Shown: positions 35,852 through 43,449 of the stretch, piece after piece | Layout of the letters: every line of letters starts with the position of its first letter | Position numbering within the stretch: the stretch's first letter is position 1 | NCBI GenBank assembly: GCA_963728605.1 | Contig: CAVSKS010000009.1 | Location: 77,447-141,446, forward strand | Direction of reading: 5' to 3' | Origin: an uncultured Chloroflexia bacterium | GTDB lineage: Bacteria > Chloroflexota > Limnocylindria > Limnocylindrales > CSP1-4 | DNA length: 64,000 nt | Program-made: the position numbers and the translations under genes | Notes under the pieces: model-generated | What the model was told of the DNA's origin: nothing | The model's input: only the letters and a program-made list of their open reading frames with translations | Database searches by the model: none

Positions 35852-36022
35852 TCACCCGGCCGACGCCATCCGCACGACGAGCGTGAAGACGCGCCCCAGC
35901 AGCGGCCAGGCCGCCAGGCGCTGGGACGACGTTCGCCGGACGAGGCGATGTCGATCGGCTTCCCGCCGCCAATCGCCGATCTGCTCCCGTGCGAACAGCT
36001 CCAGCGTGTAGGAGTGTTCCAT
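35852..36022 (-). CDS. Candidate unannotated small protein (56 aa) upstream of the LAL regulator
   Basis: Below the track's length cutoff; translated by hand codon by codon: MEHSYTLELFAREQIGDWRREADRHRLVRRTSSQRLAAWPLLGRVFTLVVRMASAG*. GC3 is about 87% (like real genes here). A hydrophobic C-terminal segment. Ends 56 nt before the LAL start. Confidence 0.45.
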   Translation of the reverse strand: MEHSYTLELFAREQIGDWRREADRHRLVRRTSSQRLAAWPLLGRVFTLVVRMASAG

Positions 36023-36130
36023 CTCGACCTGCCTTTCCGGTCCGTCCGGCCATTCGGCCAGGACGGACTCTGCCGGTCGTGGCCGGTCGAGGCATCGGGA
36101 GGGTTCGGTATCTTCGGCCGCCTGAACCCT

Positions 36131-36832
36131 TTAGTTCTGCTCCGTCGCCCCTTCCGCCGACGAGCGGAGGGCTTCGGCAAGGACGGCGAGGGAGGGGAAC
36201 ACCCGTTGTCCGCCGGCTCCGCGAAGGGCGACCTCGTCAACCGCGGATCCGGCCGTGACGCCAATCGCAACCATTCCCGCGGCCACCGACGCGGCCATGT
36301 CCCACGTGGAATTGCCCACGTACCACGAACGTCCCGGATCCACGCCGAGCTCGCGTGCAGCGAGCAACAACAAGTCGGGTTCGGGCTTGGCGTGCTCGAC
36401 GTTGCTGCCGTCGACGATGACTGGCTCGGATTCGAGGCCGAGCGCCTTGACCGACGTGGCCACCTGTTCGCGCCGGCTCGAGGTGGCGATCGCCCAGCGG
36501 ATCCCGCCCGCCTGGAGCACCTCGACGAGCGCGGTGACGCCGGGCATCGGACGGGGGTCGCGATTGAGTGACTCGAAGATCTCGCCGGACATTCGGTCGA
36601 TCTCCTCGGCCCGCTCGTGGTCGATCGGCGTGCCGGCCACCGCCGCGACCTCACGGGCAAGCCGCCGCCCGTCGATCCCGATCAGCGGCGCGATCTGCTC
36701 CCGGGACGCGGGAATCATGATGCGGGCGAACACCTGGTGCCAGGCATCGATTCGCGCCGCCACGGTGTCGACGAGCGTGCCATCCAGGTCGAGGAATACC
36801 GCGTCCGGCCGCGGCAGTCGATCGGTGCCCAT
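36131..36832 (-). CDS. HAD-superfamily hydrolase (phosphatase-like)
   Basis: 233 aa. Motif I FLDLDGTLVDT, motif II IATSS, motif III/IV K...YVGNSTWDMAAS. Confidence 0.85.
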   Translation of the reverse strand: MGTDRLPRPDAVFLDLDGTLVDTVAARIDAWHQVFARIMIPASREQIAPLIGIDGRRLAREVAAVAGTPIDHERAEEIDRMSGEIFESLNRDPRPMPGVTALVEVLQAGGIRWAIATSSRREQVATSVKALGLESEPVIVDGSNVEHAKPEPDLLLLAARELGVDPGRSWYVGNSTWDMAASVAAGMVAIGVTAGSAVDEVALRGAGGQRVFPSLAVLAEALRSSAEGATEQN

Positions 36833-36909
36833 CCGCGCATCTTCGCCGATGCGGCCCGGGCCCCGGTCCGTGCGGTCATCGCCGCTCGATTTTCCGTAGA
36901 CTCGCCGCC

Positions 36910-37989
36910 ATGCCCAAACCCGTCCGACGGCTGGCGATCCTGACCGAGGGCCAGTTCGGCGACCATCACGCCAAGACCGCCATCGGCGTCATCCGGTACG
37001 GGCCCGACCCGGTCGCCGCCGTTCTCGATTCGTCGATCGCCGGGCGGAACGTCGCAGAGTGGCTGCCCGGCCACGACATCCCTGCCGTGGCTACCCTGGC
37101 CGAGGCACTCGCCCTGCCCGAGCCGCCGACGGCGCTCCTCATCGGCATCGCCCCCACCGGCGGCAAGCTGCCGGGTGCCTGGCGGGCCACGATCCTGGAG
37201 GCCATCCGAGCCGGGCTGGACGTGCACTCCGGCCTCCATCAGTTCATCGGCGACGACCCGGAGTTTGCTGCGGCCGCCGCGGCGGCGGGCGTGTCGATCG
37301 TCGACTATCGGCGGCCACCGGAGCGGATGGAGACGTCCGACGGCCGGCAGCATCTGCCGGGCAAGCGGGTGATCCTCACCGTCGGCACGGATTGTGCGAT
37401 CGGCAAGATGTCGGTCGCGCTCGAGCTGCGGCGAGCGGCTCTCGCCAAGGGGCTGGCGGCGGTCTTCGTGCCGACCGGCCAGACCGGGATGATGATCGAG
37501 GGCTGGGGCGTGGCCGTCGACCGGCTCATCGCGGACTTCCTCCAGGGCACCTGCGAGTGGCTGGTGGAGGAAGCGGAGCGACGCGGCGACTGGATCATCG
37601 TCGAGGGCCAGGGCTCGCTCGATCACCCGGCCTACTCGTCGGTGACGCTGGGGTTGATCCACGGGACCACGCCCCATGCGATGGTCCTCGTCCACAAGCC
37701 CGGCCTCGCGGAGCACGACTTCGACCACCGTCCGGAGGCGTCGTTCCCGATCGCGCCACTGGGTCCCTTCATCGACCTCCATGAGCGGGTTGCATCGCTG
37801 GTGGCGCCATCGGAGGTCGTGGGCATCGCGCTGAACACGTCGCTCATCGCGGACCCTGAAGCCGCCCGACGGGAGATCGAGCGGACGGCCGCGGAAACCG
37901 GCTTGCCCTGCGGTGACCCCGTGCGCTTTGGCCCGGAGCCCCTGTGGAGCGGGGTCCAGTCGCGGGTCGAGGCGCTGCCGTGGGTCTGA
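36910..37989 (+). CDS. DUF1611 family protein
   Basis: 359 aa. LAILTEGQFGDHHAKTAIGVIRY and VGTDCAIGKMSVALEL are typical DUF1611 motifs. Adjacent to an enolase-superfamily epimerase, as is common for this family. Confidence 0.8.
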   Translation: MPKPVRRLAILTEGQFGDHHAKTAIGVIRYGPDPVAAVLDSSIAGRNVAEWLPGHDIPAVATLAEALALPEPPTALLIGIAPTGGKLPGAWRATILEAIRAGLDVHSGLHQFIGDDPEFAAAAAAAGVSIVDYRRPPERMETSDGRQHLPGKRVILTVGTDCAIGKMSVALELRRAALAKGLAAVFVPTGQTGMMIEGWGVAVDRLIADFLQGTCEWLVEEAERRGDWIIVEGQGSLDHPAYSSVTLGLIHGTTPHAMVLVHKPGLAEHDFDHRPEASFPIAPLGPFIDLHERVASLVAPSEVVGIALNTSLIADPEAARREIERTAAETGLPCGDPVRFGPEPLWSGVQSRVEALPWV

Positions 37990-39029
37990 CGGCTGGCCTG
38001 GAAACGCTGCGGCTCCACCTCCGGGATCCATTTGTCATCGCCCGCGCGGATCCCGCGGCCGGACATTCGGTCACGACGGTGGTGGTCGAGATCCGGGACG
38101 ACCGCCATCCGGACCTCGTCGGGGTGGGGGAGGGCTACCCGGATCCGTACTACGGCGAGACGCCGGCGACGATGGAAGCCGTCATCCCGCTGCTCCTCGG
38201 GGCCATCGGCGAGATCGACCTGGGCACGGCCGGCCTGGCCCAGGCGAGCGCGGCGATGGACCAGCGGATCGGAGGCAATGGGGCCGCCAAGTGCGCGATC
38301 GACATCGGTCTTCACGACCTGGCCGGCAAGGTCGCCGGCCGGGCCGTCGTCGACCTGCTTGGACTGTCTCGGGACATTCCGCCCACCGATTTCACGCTCG
38401 GGATCGATACCCCGGCCGTCGTCGCCGAGCGGGCCGCCAGGGCCAAACGATTCCCGGCGCTCAAGATCAAGGTTGGCGGTCCGGCGGACATCGAGACGCT
38501 GGAGGCGGTTCGGGCGGTCTACGAAGGGCCGATCCGGGTGGATGCCAACACCGGTTGGAGTCCCGACGACGCCCTCCAGATCCTGCCGGCCCTGGAGCCA
38601 CTGGGCGTGGAGCTGATCGAGCAGCCGTTCCCGGCCCGCCGGCTCGACCAGCTGCGCTGGCTCCAGGAGCGCACCCCGCTGCCAGTGGTGGCCGACGAGA
38701 GCGCGATCACGATCGACGACCTCGACGGCCTCGTCGGCGTGGTTGCCGGGGTCAACGTCAAGCTGGCCAAGTGCGGCGGCGTCGGTCCCGCAAAGCGGAT
38801 GCTCGAACGGGCCCGGGAGCTGGGCTTCCGAACCTTCCTCGGCTGCATGGAGGAGACGTCGGTCGGGATCGCCGCTTCGGCCGCCGTGGCATCGCTTGCC
38901 GATTGGGTGGACCTCGACGGCAACCTGCTGCTCGCCGATGACCCGTACGAGGGCCTGGAGCTGGGCGAGGATTGCCGCTGGCAGCTCTCGAACGAGCCGG
39001 GACTGGGGCTTCGACGCCGGGCGTCCTGA
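37944..39029 (+). CDS. Enolase-superfamily dipeptide (L-Ala-D/L-Glu-type) epimerase / MLE-like
   Basis: 361-aa ORF. An alternative start, GTG 37980, would reduce the overlap with DUF1611 to 10 nt. Contains KxK (ALKIKVGG) and metal ligands in VDANTGW, LIEQPF and VADES. Confidence 0.8.
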   Translation: MERGPVAGRGAAVGLTAGLETLRLHLRDPFVIARADPAAGHSVTTVVVEIRDDRHPDLVGVGEGYPDPYYGETPATMEAVIPLLLGAIGEIDLGTAGLAQASAAMDQRIGGNGAAKCAIDIGLHDLAGKVAGRAVVDLLGLSRDIPPTDFTLGIDTPAVVAERAARAKRFPALKIKVGGPADIETLEAVRAVYEGPIRVDANTGWSPDDALQILPALEPLGVELIEQPFPARRLDQLRWLQERTPLPVVADESAITIDDLDGLVGVVAGVNVKLAKCGGVGPAKRMLERARELGFRTFLGCMEETSVGIAASAAVASLADWVDLDGNLLLADDPYEGLELGEDCRWQLSNEPGLGLRRRAS

Positions 39030-39073
39030 CCCCCCGAACGGCCCTACGTCAAGTGGGTGAGAACGCCCGTTCG

Positions 39074-39106
39074 TGTGGATAACTTCGTGGACGAGATGGT
39101 GGACAA
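39074..39106 (+). promoter_or_regulatory. Three 12-bp-phased GTGGA boxes; the first is a perfect DnaA-box complement
   Basis: tGTGGAtaActt / cGTGGAcgAgat / gGTGGAcaAacc, starting at 39074, 39086 and 39098. TGTGGATAA is the exact complement of TTATCCACA, and GGTGGACAA is the complement of TTGTCCACC. The surrounding ~45 bp is locally AT-richer. Lies ~170 bp upstream of ATG 39276. Confidence 0.35.
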
Positions 39107-39275
39107 ACCCCCTTTCGGCTCGCCGGTGGCAGTCCTACGATGGCAGTCCACCGGCCGCCGAGCCCCGGGAGAGGGAGGCCGGAACACCCCCAGCGGGACC
39201 GCCCCGTCGACCGGTCCGATTTCACCGATCGATGCCGGGTACGGCCGCGCCTTGAGACTGGAGGGCACGCCGTCG

Positions 39276-39656
39276 ATGGATTCGCGCACCCGTGATCGCC
39301 CGCCCTCGCCCGTTGCCGCCGAGTTCGTCCGGTTCTGCTACCGACGCCGGCGGGTGGGCTGGCCCGAGCTGTACGACGAGATGTGCGCCGTTGCGAGTCG
39401 GGGGCTGTTTCGGGGATGGGGCAGCGACGAGCTGAACGCCGAGGGGATCGGGTTCTGCCTCGATGAGCTACCGAAGCTGGCGGTACTCGTCCAGCAGATC
39501 GTCGCCGAAGAGCACGGCCGAAGGGTGCAGGCCGGGCCAGCTCGCAACGTCGTCGAGGTCGGGACCGAGGGAACTGCCGACGCCGCGGCCGAGTCCCCGA
39601 CCGAACCGGTGAGTCCCGCTTCCGTCCGCTTCGCGGCGGCAGCGGCCGGAGCCTGA
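39276..39656 (+). CDS. Hypothetical protein (126 aa)
   Basis: ORF 39057..39656. I prefer ATG 39276 (GGAGGG upstream), because the upstream extension is Arg/Pro/Gly-rich with lower GC3. The core EFVRFCYRRRRVGWPELYDEMCAVASRGLFRGWGSDEL looks like a conserved small-protein family I cannot name. Confidence 0.6.
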   Translation: MDSRTRDRPPSPVAAEFVRFCYRRRRVGWPELYDEMCAVASRGLFRGWGSDELNAEGIGFCLDELPKLAVLVQQIVAEEHGRRVQAGPARNVVEVGTEGTADAAAESPTEPVSPASVRFAAAAAGA

Positions 39657-39700
39657 GGCTCCACGCACTTCTTCCTCCGTCGCTCTCCCGACGGAACGAC

Positions 39701-39730
39701 GAACCCCCGCGGTCTCCGCCGCGGGGGTTC
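39701..39730. terminator. Perfect 12-bp stem / 6-nt loop hairpin between convergent genes
   Basis: gaacccccgcgg-tctccg-ccgcgggggttc followed by tcgaattc. Lies 45 nt after stop 39656 and 46 nt from the stop of the minus-strand gene (39776). Confidence 0.55.
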
Positions 39731-39775
39731 TCGAATTCATCGTGTGCGGGTGGCGTGTGCGGGTGGTGGCGCACC

Positions 39776-40003
39776 TCAGGCGCGGATCCGACGCCTCGCC
39801 ATCTCGCCCTCGATCTGCCGCTCAGCGTCGACATACAGATCGATCTGCTCGCGCAGCTCGTTGGCCTCCGGGGTGTAGAGATGGACTTGCTGCTGAAGGA
39901 CGTACGACAGCCGCCGGCTGGTGATCCGGACGTGGTCAAGGTTCTTCATCAGCACCAGCGGATCCATGGCCGCCAGATCCGACGGGTGGTACATCTGCTT
40001 CAC
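39776..40003 (-). CDS. Small hypothetical protein (75 aa) downstream of pspA
   Basis: ORF MKQMYHPSDLAAMDPLVLMKNLDHVRITSRRLSYVLQQQVHLYTPEANELREQIDLYVDAERQIEGEMARRRIRA. Predicted helical; same strand as pspA. No family recognised. Confidence 0.55.
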   Translation of the reverse strand: MKQMYHPSDLAAMDPLVLMKNLDHVRITSRRLSYVLQQQVHLYTPEANELREQIDLYVDAERQIEGEMARRRIRA

Positions 40004-40022
40004 GGGTTCGAATGCTAGCAGC

Positions 40023-40049
40023 GTGGCAGCCGGGAATGCCGGCTGCCAC
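40023..40049 (-). terminator. Perfect 11-bp stem / 5-nt loop hairpin between pspA and the downstream small gene
   Basis: gtggcagccgg-gaatg-ccggctgccac, read directly, in the 57-nt pspA-to-small-gene spacer. Could act as an attenuator or partial terminator. Confidence 0.4.
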
Positions 40050-40060
40050 CTGCGGAGTAA

Positions 40061-40783
40061 TCAGGCCCGCGAAGCGGTGCCCTTCAGCTCGCTGAGCCGT
40101 GCCTCGACCTCGATGTCGTCGGCGTCGTCTTCGAGCGACTCGAACTGCTCCTCGAGGGACGAGGCGGCCACCTCCTCCATCCCGCGAACCTGCGCCTCCT
40201 GGCGCCGGATCCGCTCCTCGAAGCGGGTGATCTCGCTCGTCGGGTCGAGCACCGACACGCTCTTGAGCGACTGCTGGACCTGCTGCTGGGCCTGGGCCAT
40301 CTTTGCCCGTGAGACCAGCTCGTCGCGCTTCTGGACCAGCTCCTCGCGCTTGTCCCGGAGCTTGTTGAGCCCGTCCTTGAGCTTGCTGGTGAGCTCGGTC
40401 TGCTGAACGGCCTGGCGCTCGAGCGTGCCGGCCTGCTCCTCGTACGAGATCTGGCGCCGGATGGCGATCCGGGCCAGCTCGTCGAACCGGGTGCCTTCTG
40501 TGGGGTTGCCGTCACCGCGAAGCTCGTCCGCGCGGCGAGAGGCAGCCACGGCCTTGCGGCCCCACTCGTTGGCGGCCTCGCGGGCCTCCCGCGCGTCGTC
40601 TTCGACGAGGCGCAGATTGCCGATCGTCTGGGCGACGGCCTCCTCCGCCTCGGCGATGTTGTTGGTGTAGTCGCGGACGAGCTGGTCCAGCATCTTCTCC
40701 GGGTCCTCGGCACTGTCGAGGATGGCATTGATGTTGGCGCGCACCAGCTGGCTCACGCGACCAAGAATCGAGGTCTGTGCCAT
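40061..40783 (-). CDS. pspA: PspA/IM30 family protein (phage shock protein A-like)
   Basis: 240 aa. N-terminus MAQTSILGRVSQLVRANINAILDSAEDPEKMLDQLVRDY is the PspA/IM30 signature. The rest is continuous coiled-coil. Confidence 0.92.
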   Translation of the reverse strand: MAQTSILGRVSQLVRANINAILDSAEDPEKMLDQLVRDYTNNIAEAEEAVAQTIGNLRLVEDDAREAREAANEWGRKAVAASRRADELRGDGNPTEGTRFDELARIAIRRQISYEEQAGTLERQAVQQTELTSKLKDGLNKLRDKREELVQKRDELVSRAKMAQAQQQVQQSLKSVSVLDPTSEITRFEERIRRQEAQVRGMEEVAASSLEEQFESLEDDADDIEVEARLSELKGTASRA

Positions 40784-40861
40784 GGGAACGAATCCCTCCT
40801 AATCAGGGTTCGGACCAGCCGAGCCCACTGCGTTGGCCAATCAAACCGGGGGGCCCGATGA

Positions 40862-42952
40862 TCACCATCGGCCTCCCCTCGAACGTCCCCCGCCGAACCC
40901 GCCGCCGCCTCCGCCGCCACCGCCACCGAAGCCGCCGAAGCCGCCCCAGTTGCCGCCACGGCTGCCACCGCCGCCCCAGCCGCCGCCGCCTGAACCGCCA
41001 CCGCCGGTTGGGCCGGGCGAGCCCCACGGCGAACCGCCCCAGCCGCCACCGCCACCACCGCGCCCGCCGCCGAGGAGGATGCCGGTCAGGATCCCGCCGA
41101 GGATGGAGCCCATCTGGTCGCCGCCGCCGCCGCTCCGACCCGCCCAACCGGGTCCGCCCTGGTTCCAGCGGTCGAAGTCGCTGCCGGCAGCCGAGTAGGC
41201 CTCACCGGCCAGCGCCTCAGCCCGCCGGGCCGCCTCGAGCGCCCCATTCGGGTCACGCTCGCGCATGGCCCACGCCGTCTCGAGCTGCCGTTCGGCCTCC
41301 GACAGGCGGGTGCGGGCGGTCCGGCCGACGCCGCCGCGTCGCGCTGCGATGTAGTCGGCGGCGCGATCGACCGAAGCTGCCGCGGTGGTGAGCGACGCGT
41401 CGACGGCGGCCACGAACTTGGCCCGTTGCTCCGCGTCCTCCCTGGCAGCGGCGAGGAGCTCGTTTGCGGCGCGGCGAGCGACGGTCGCCTGGCTCAGCGC
41501 CTCGATCGGGTCGAGCGGCGTCCGGGCCGCGGCGAATCGGGCGTCCCTCAGGGCCGCGTCCGCGATTCGGACCTGCTCCTCCTTGCGCGAGCTGACCGGG
41601 GCGCCAGCCAATGCCCGTCGCGCTGCACCAAGGTCGGCTTCGGCCGCGGCGAGCTCGGTCTCCAGCTTGTCCTCCGCATCCCGAGCGGTCGCCGCCAGCT
41701 TGTCGATGGCGTCCAGCAGCCCGGCCGCGCCCGCCAGGCCCTCCTCGGCCGTGGCGGCGGCCCGCGCCGCGCCCGGTCGATCGCCGCTCGACAGTGCGCT
41801 GGACCCGCGTTGGGTGGCCTCTCGAGCCCCGGTCAGGCCCTTGCGGGCTTCAGCCAGGTTGCCGTTGATCGGCTTACTCGCGGACGGCGCGTATCGGCGG
41901 AGCGCCTCGGTCGTTTCCTCGGCCGCAGGCAGTCGCGCTTCGGCGGCGGCAATGCGATCGGGAAGTGCCGCGAGGATCTGGGGAGCATCGCGCTCGAGAT
42001 CACGCAGCCGCTCGATCCGCTCGGTCTCGGCGTCCAGCAGTTCGTTGGCCCGCTTCGACCGCGTGACGATGTCGTTGAGGTACTGCTCGCGCGTCTCGGG
42101 CGGCTCCGGTTCCGCGTCGTCGAGCTTCTGGCGGACGGCAAATGCCTCGCGGAGCTCGACCCTGGCTGCCTCGATCGCGGCCCGCAACGGCGTCGCCTCC
42201 GCGGCGCCGTACTCGGCCTCGACGAAGCCGACCTCCTGGGTGGCGTTGCGGACCCGCTCGTCGGTCGCGATGAGCAGCGCATTCGCCTCTCGCGCCAGGC
42301 GACCGGTCCGGCGGTCCCGCTCCTCTTCGGCGAGCTGTGCCCGCCGGCGGTTCCAGATCCAGTAGCCGATGAGCCCGATGCCGCCGAGGAGCAGGAGGAT
42401 GCCGAGCACGGCGCCCAGGCCGCCGTCGCCATCGCCACCACTCGTACCGCCGCCTGAGCTGGGTGGCGGGAACGTGCCGCTGACGGCGTCGGCCAGGCCG
42501 TGCGCGGCCGCGATCGCGGCGCCTGCGAAGTCACCGGAACGCAGTCGCGGCTCGATGACCTCCAGCGCAAGCACGTCCGCTTCGTCGCTGCTGATCTCGT
42601 CGTCGAGGCTCTCGTCGGGGATGACCTGGTAGGTGTGATCGTCGACCGCCACGACGAGGATCACGTCGTTGGCTCCGAGCGAGTTGGTGACGGCGACGTC
42701 CTGGGCGTAGCGCTCCATTGGCGTCCCGTCGGTCGTGCGGACGAACAGGACGAACAGCTGGACGTCGTGCTCGTCGAGGAGTTGGGTCGCGGCCGCCTCG
42801 ACCTCCGCCTCCCGGTCGCCCAGGGCGCCGGCCAGGTCCGTGACCGCATCCTCGAGCTGCGGCAGGTCGACGGCGCGGACAGCTGGGGATGCCGCTCCCA
42901 GCAGGAGGAGCGGGACGAGGACGGCAGCAGCAAGCAATCGGGGATGTCGCAT
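40862..42952 (-). CDS. TPM-domain (TLP18.3/Psb32-like) membrane protein with long coiled-coil and Gly/Trp-rich tail
   Basis: 696 aa. Signal LLAAAVLVPLLLLGAASPAVRA. TPM-like segment VTDLAGALGD...VQLFVLFVRTT...NDVILVVAVDDHTYQV. TM LGAVLGILLLLGGIGLIGYWIW. ~400-aa helical region. C-terminus GGGGGGWGGSPWGSPGPTGGGGSGGGGWGGGGSRGGNWGGFGGFGGGGGGGGGGFGGG. Confidence 0.8.
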   Translation of the reverse strand: MRHPRLLAAAVLVPLLLLGAASPAVRAVDLPQLEDAVTDLAGALGDREAEVEAAATQLLDEHDVQLFVLFVRTTDGTPMERYAQDVAVTNSLGANDVILVVAVDDHTYQVIPDESLDDEISSDEADVLALEVIEPRLRSGDFAGAAIAAAHGLADAVSGTFPPPSSGGGTSGGDGDGGLGAVLGILLLLGGIGLIGYWIWNRRRAQLAEEERDRRTGRLAREANALLIATDERVRNATQEVGFVEAEYGAAEATPLRAAIEAARVELREAFAVRQKLDDAEPEPPETREQYLNDIVTRSKRANELLDAETERIERLRDLERDAPQILAALPDRIAAAEARLPAAEETTEALRRYAPSASKPINGNLAEARKGLTGAREATQRGSSALSSGDRPGAARAAATAEEGLAGAAGLLDAIDKLAATARDAEDKLETELAAAEADLGAARRALAGAPVSSRKEEQVRIADAALRDARFAAARTPLDPIEALSQATVARRAANELLAAAREDAEQRAKFVAAVDASLTTAAASVDRAADYIAARRGGVGRTARTRLSEAERQLETAWAMRERDPNGALEAARRAEALAGEAYSAAGSDFDRWNQGGPGWAGRSGGGGDQMGSILGGILTGILLGGGRGGGGGGWGGSPWGSPGPTGGGGSGGGGWGGGGSRGGNWGGFGGFGGGGGGGGGGFGGGRSRGGRW

Positions 42953-43414
42953 GTTCAGCAGGCAGACCGGTTTGGGGGTGTCCGAGTCCTGTTCGAGCCT
43001 AGCGCGGCGGCCATCAGGACGCCCCTGCCAATCGGCCCGTACTCAAACGGACGCATTGCAGCCGGGGCCGTTACCGACGCCCGGTCGTCGCGCGGCCGAG
43101 CGGGCCCACGGACTGTTGCCAGCACGCACCGTAAACCAAACGTCGGCAAAATTGCACTGGTGTACCCCCGACCGATAGGACTATCGTTGCGTCCTTCCGG
43201 AGCTGCTCCGATTTCGAGCTGAGCGCGCGAGGGTCCGGAACCGGGCAAGAGGGGTCCGGCTTGGGAGGGCAGGTATTGGGGGGAGCGCGAAGCGCGCCGT
43301 CACCCGCAGTTCGCGGCACCCCAGGGCATTGGCTGAAGCCGCCGTGGGGTAGCCGTGTCCTCCTTTCAACGTCTCCAATAGCCCCGTCGGGAGTGTTCAT
43401 CGCTAGATCGTGAT

Positions 43415-43435
43415 CCGTCCGGGCCACCCGGACGG
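43415..43435 (+). promoter_or_regulatory. Perfect 9-bp stem / 3-nt loop hairpin immediately 5' of the adhesin RBS
   Basis: ccgtccggg-cca-cccggacgg, then ctGGAGGaccgagcATG (ATG 43450). Lies at the end of a ~500-nt ORF-free leader. Confidence 0.35.
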
Positions 43436-43449
43436 CTGGAGGACCGAGC

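Noticed and set aside
35803-36660. 285-aa minus-strand ORF overlapping the HAD gene and the LAL upstream region
   Set aside because: It is an alternative frame of the HAD hydrolase gene with Arg/Pro/Ser-rich composition. The HAD frame carries all the catalytic motifs.
39074-39106. Chromosomal replication origin, suggested by the DnaA-box-like trio
   Set aside because: There are only three boxes, with no dnaA/dnaN/rpmH neighbourhood and no AT-rich unwinding element of meaningful length. I report it as a possible regulatory site instead.
39057-39275. N-terminal 73-codon extension of the hypothetical gene (ORF 39057..39656)
   Set aside because: The extension has lower GC3 (~75%), a non-protein-like Arg/Pro/Gly composition, and contains the GTGGA box array. 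A good GGAGGG RBS precedes the internal ATG 39276.
42953-43449. c-di-GMP (GEMM) riboswitch upstream of the adhesin
   Set aside because: I compared the region by eye with the GEMM-I consensus (GCAAA tetraloop-receptor features, ...GGCAAACC...CGCAAAGC...). Only a vague ggcaaaattgcac resemblance exists, with no matching paired elements.
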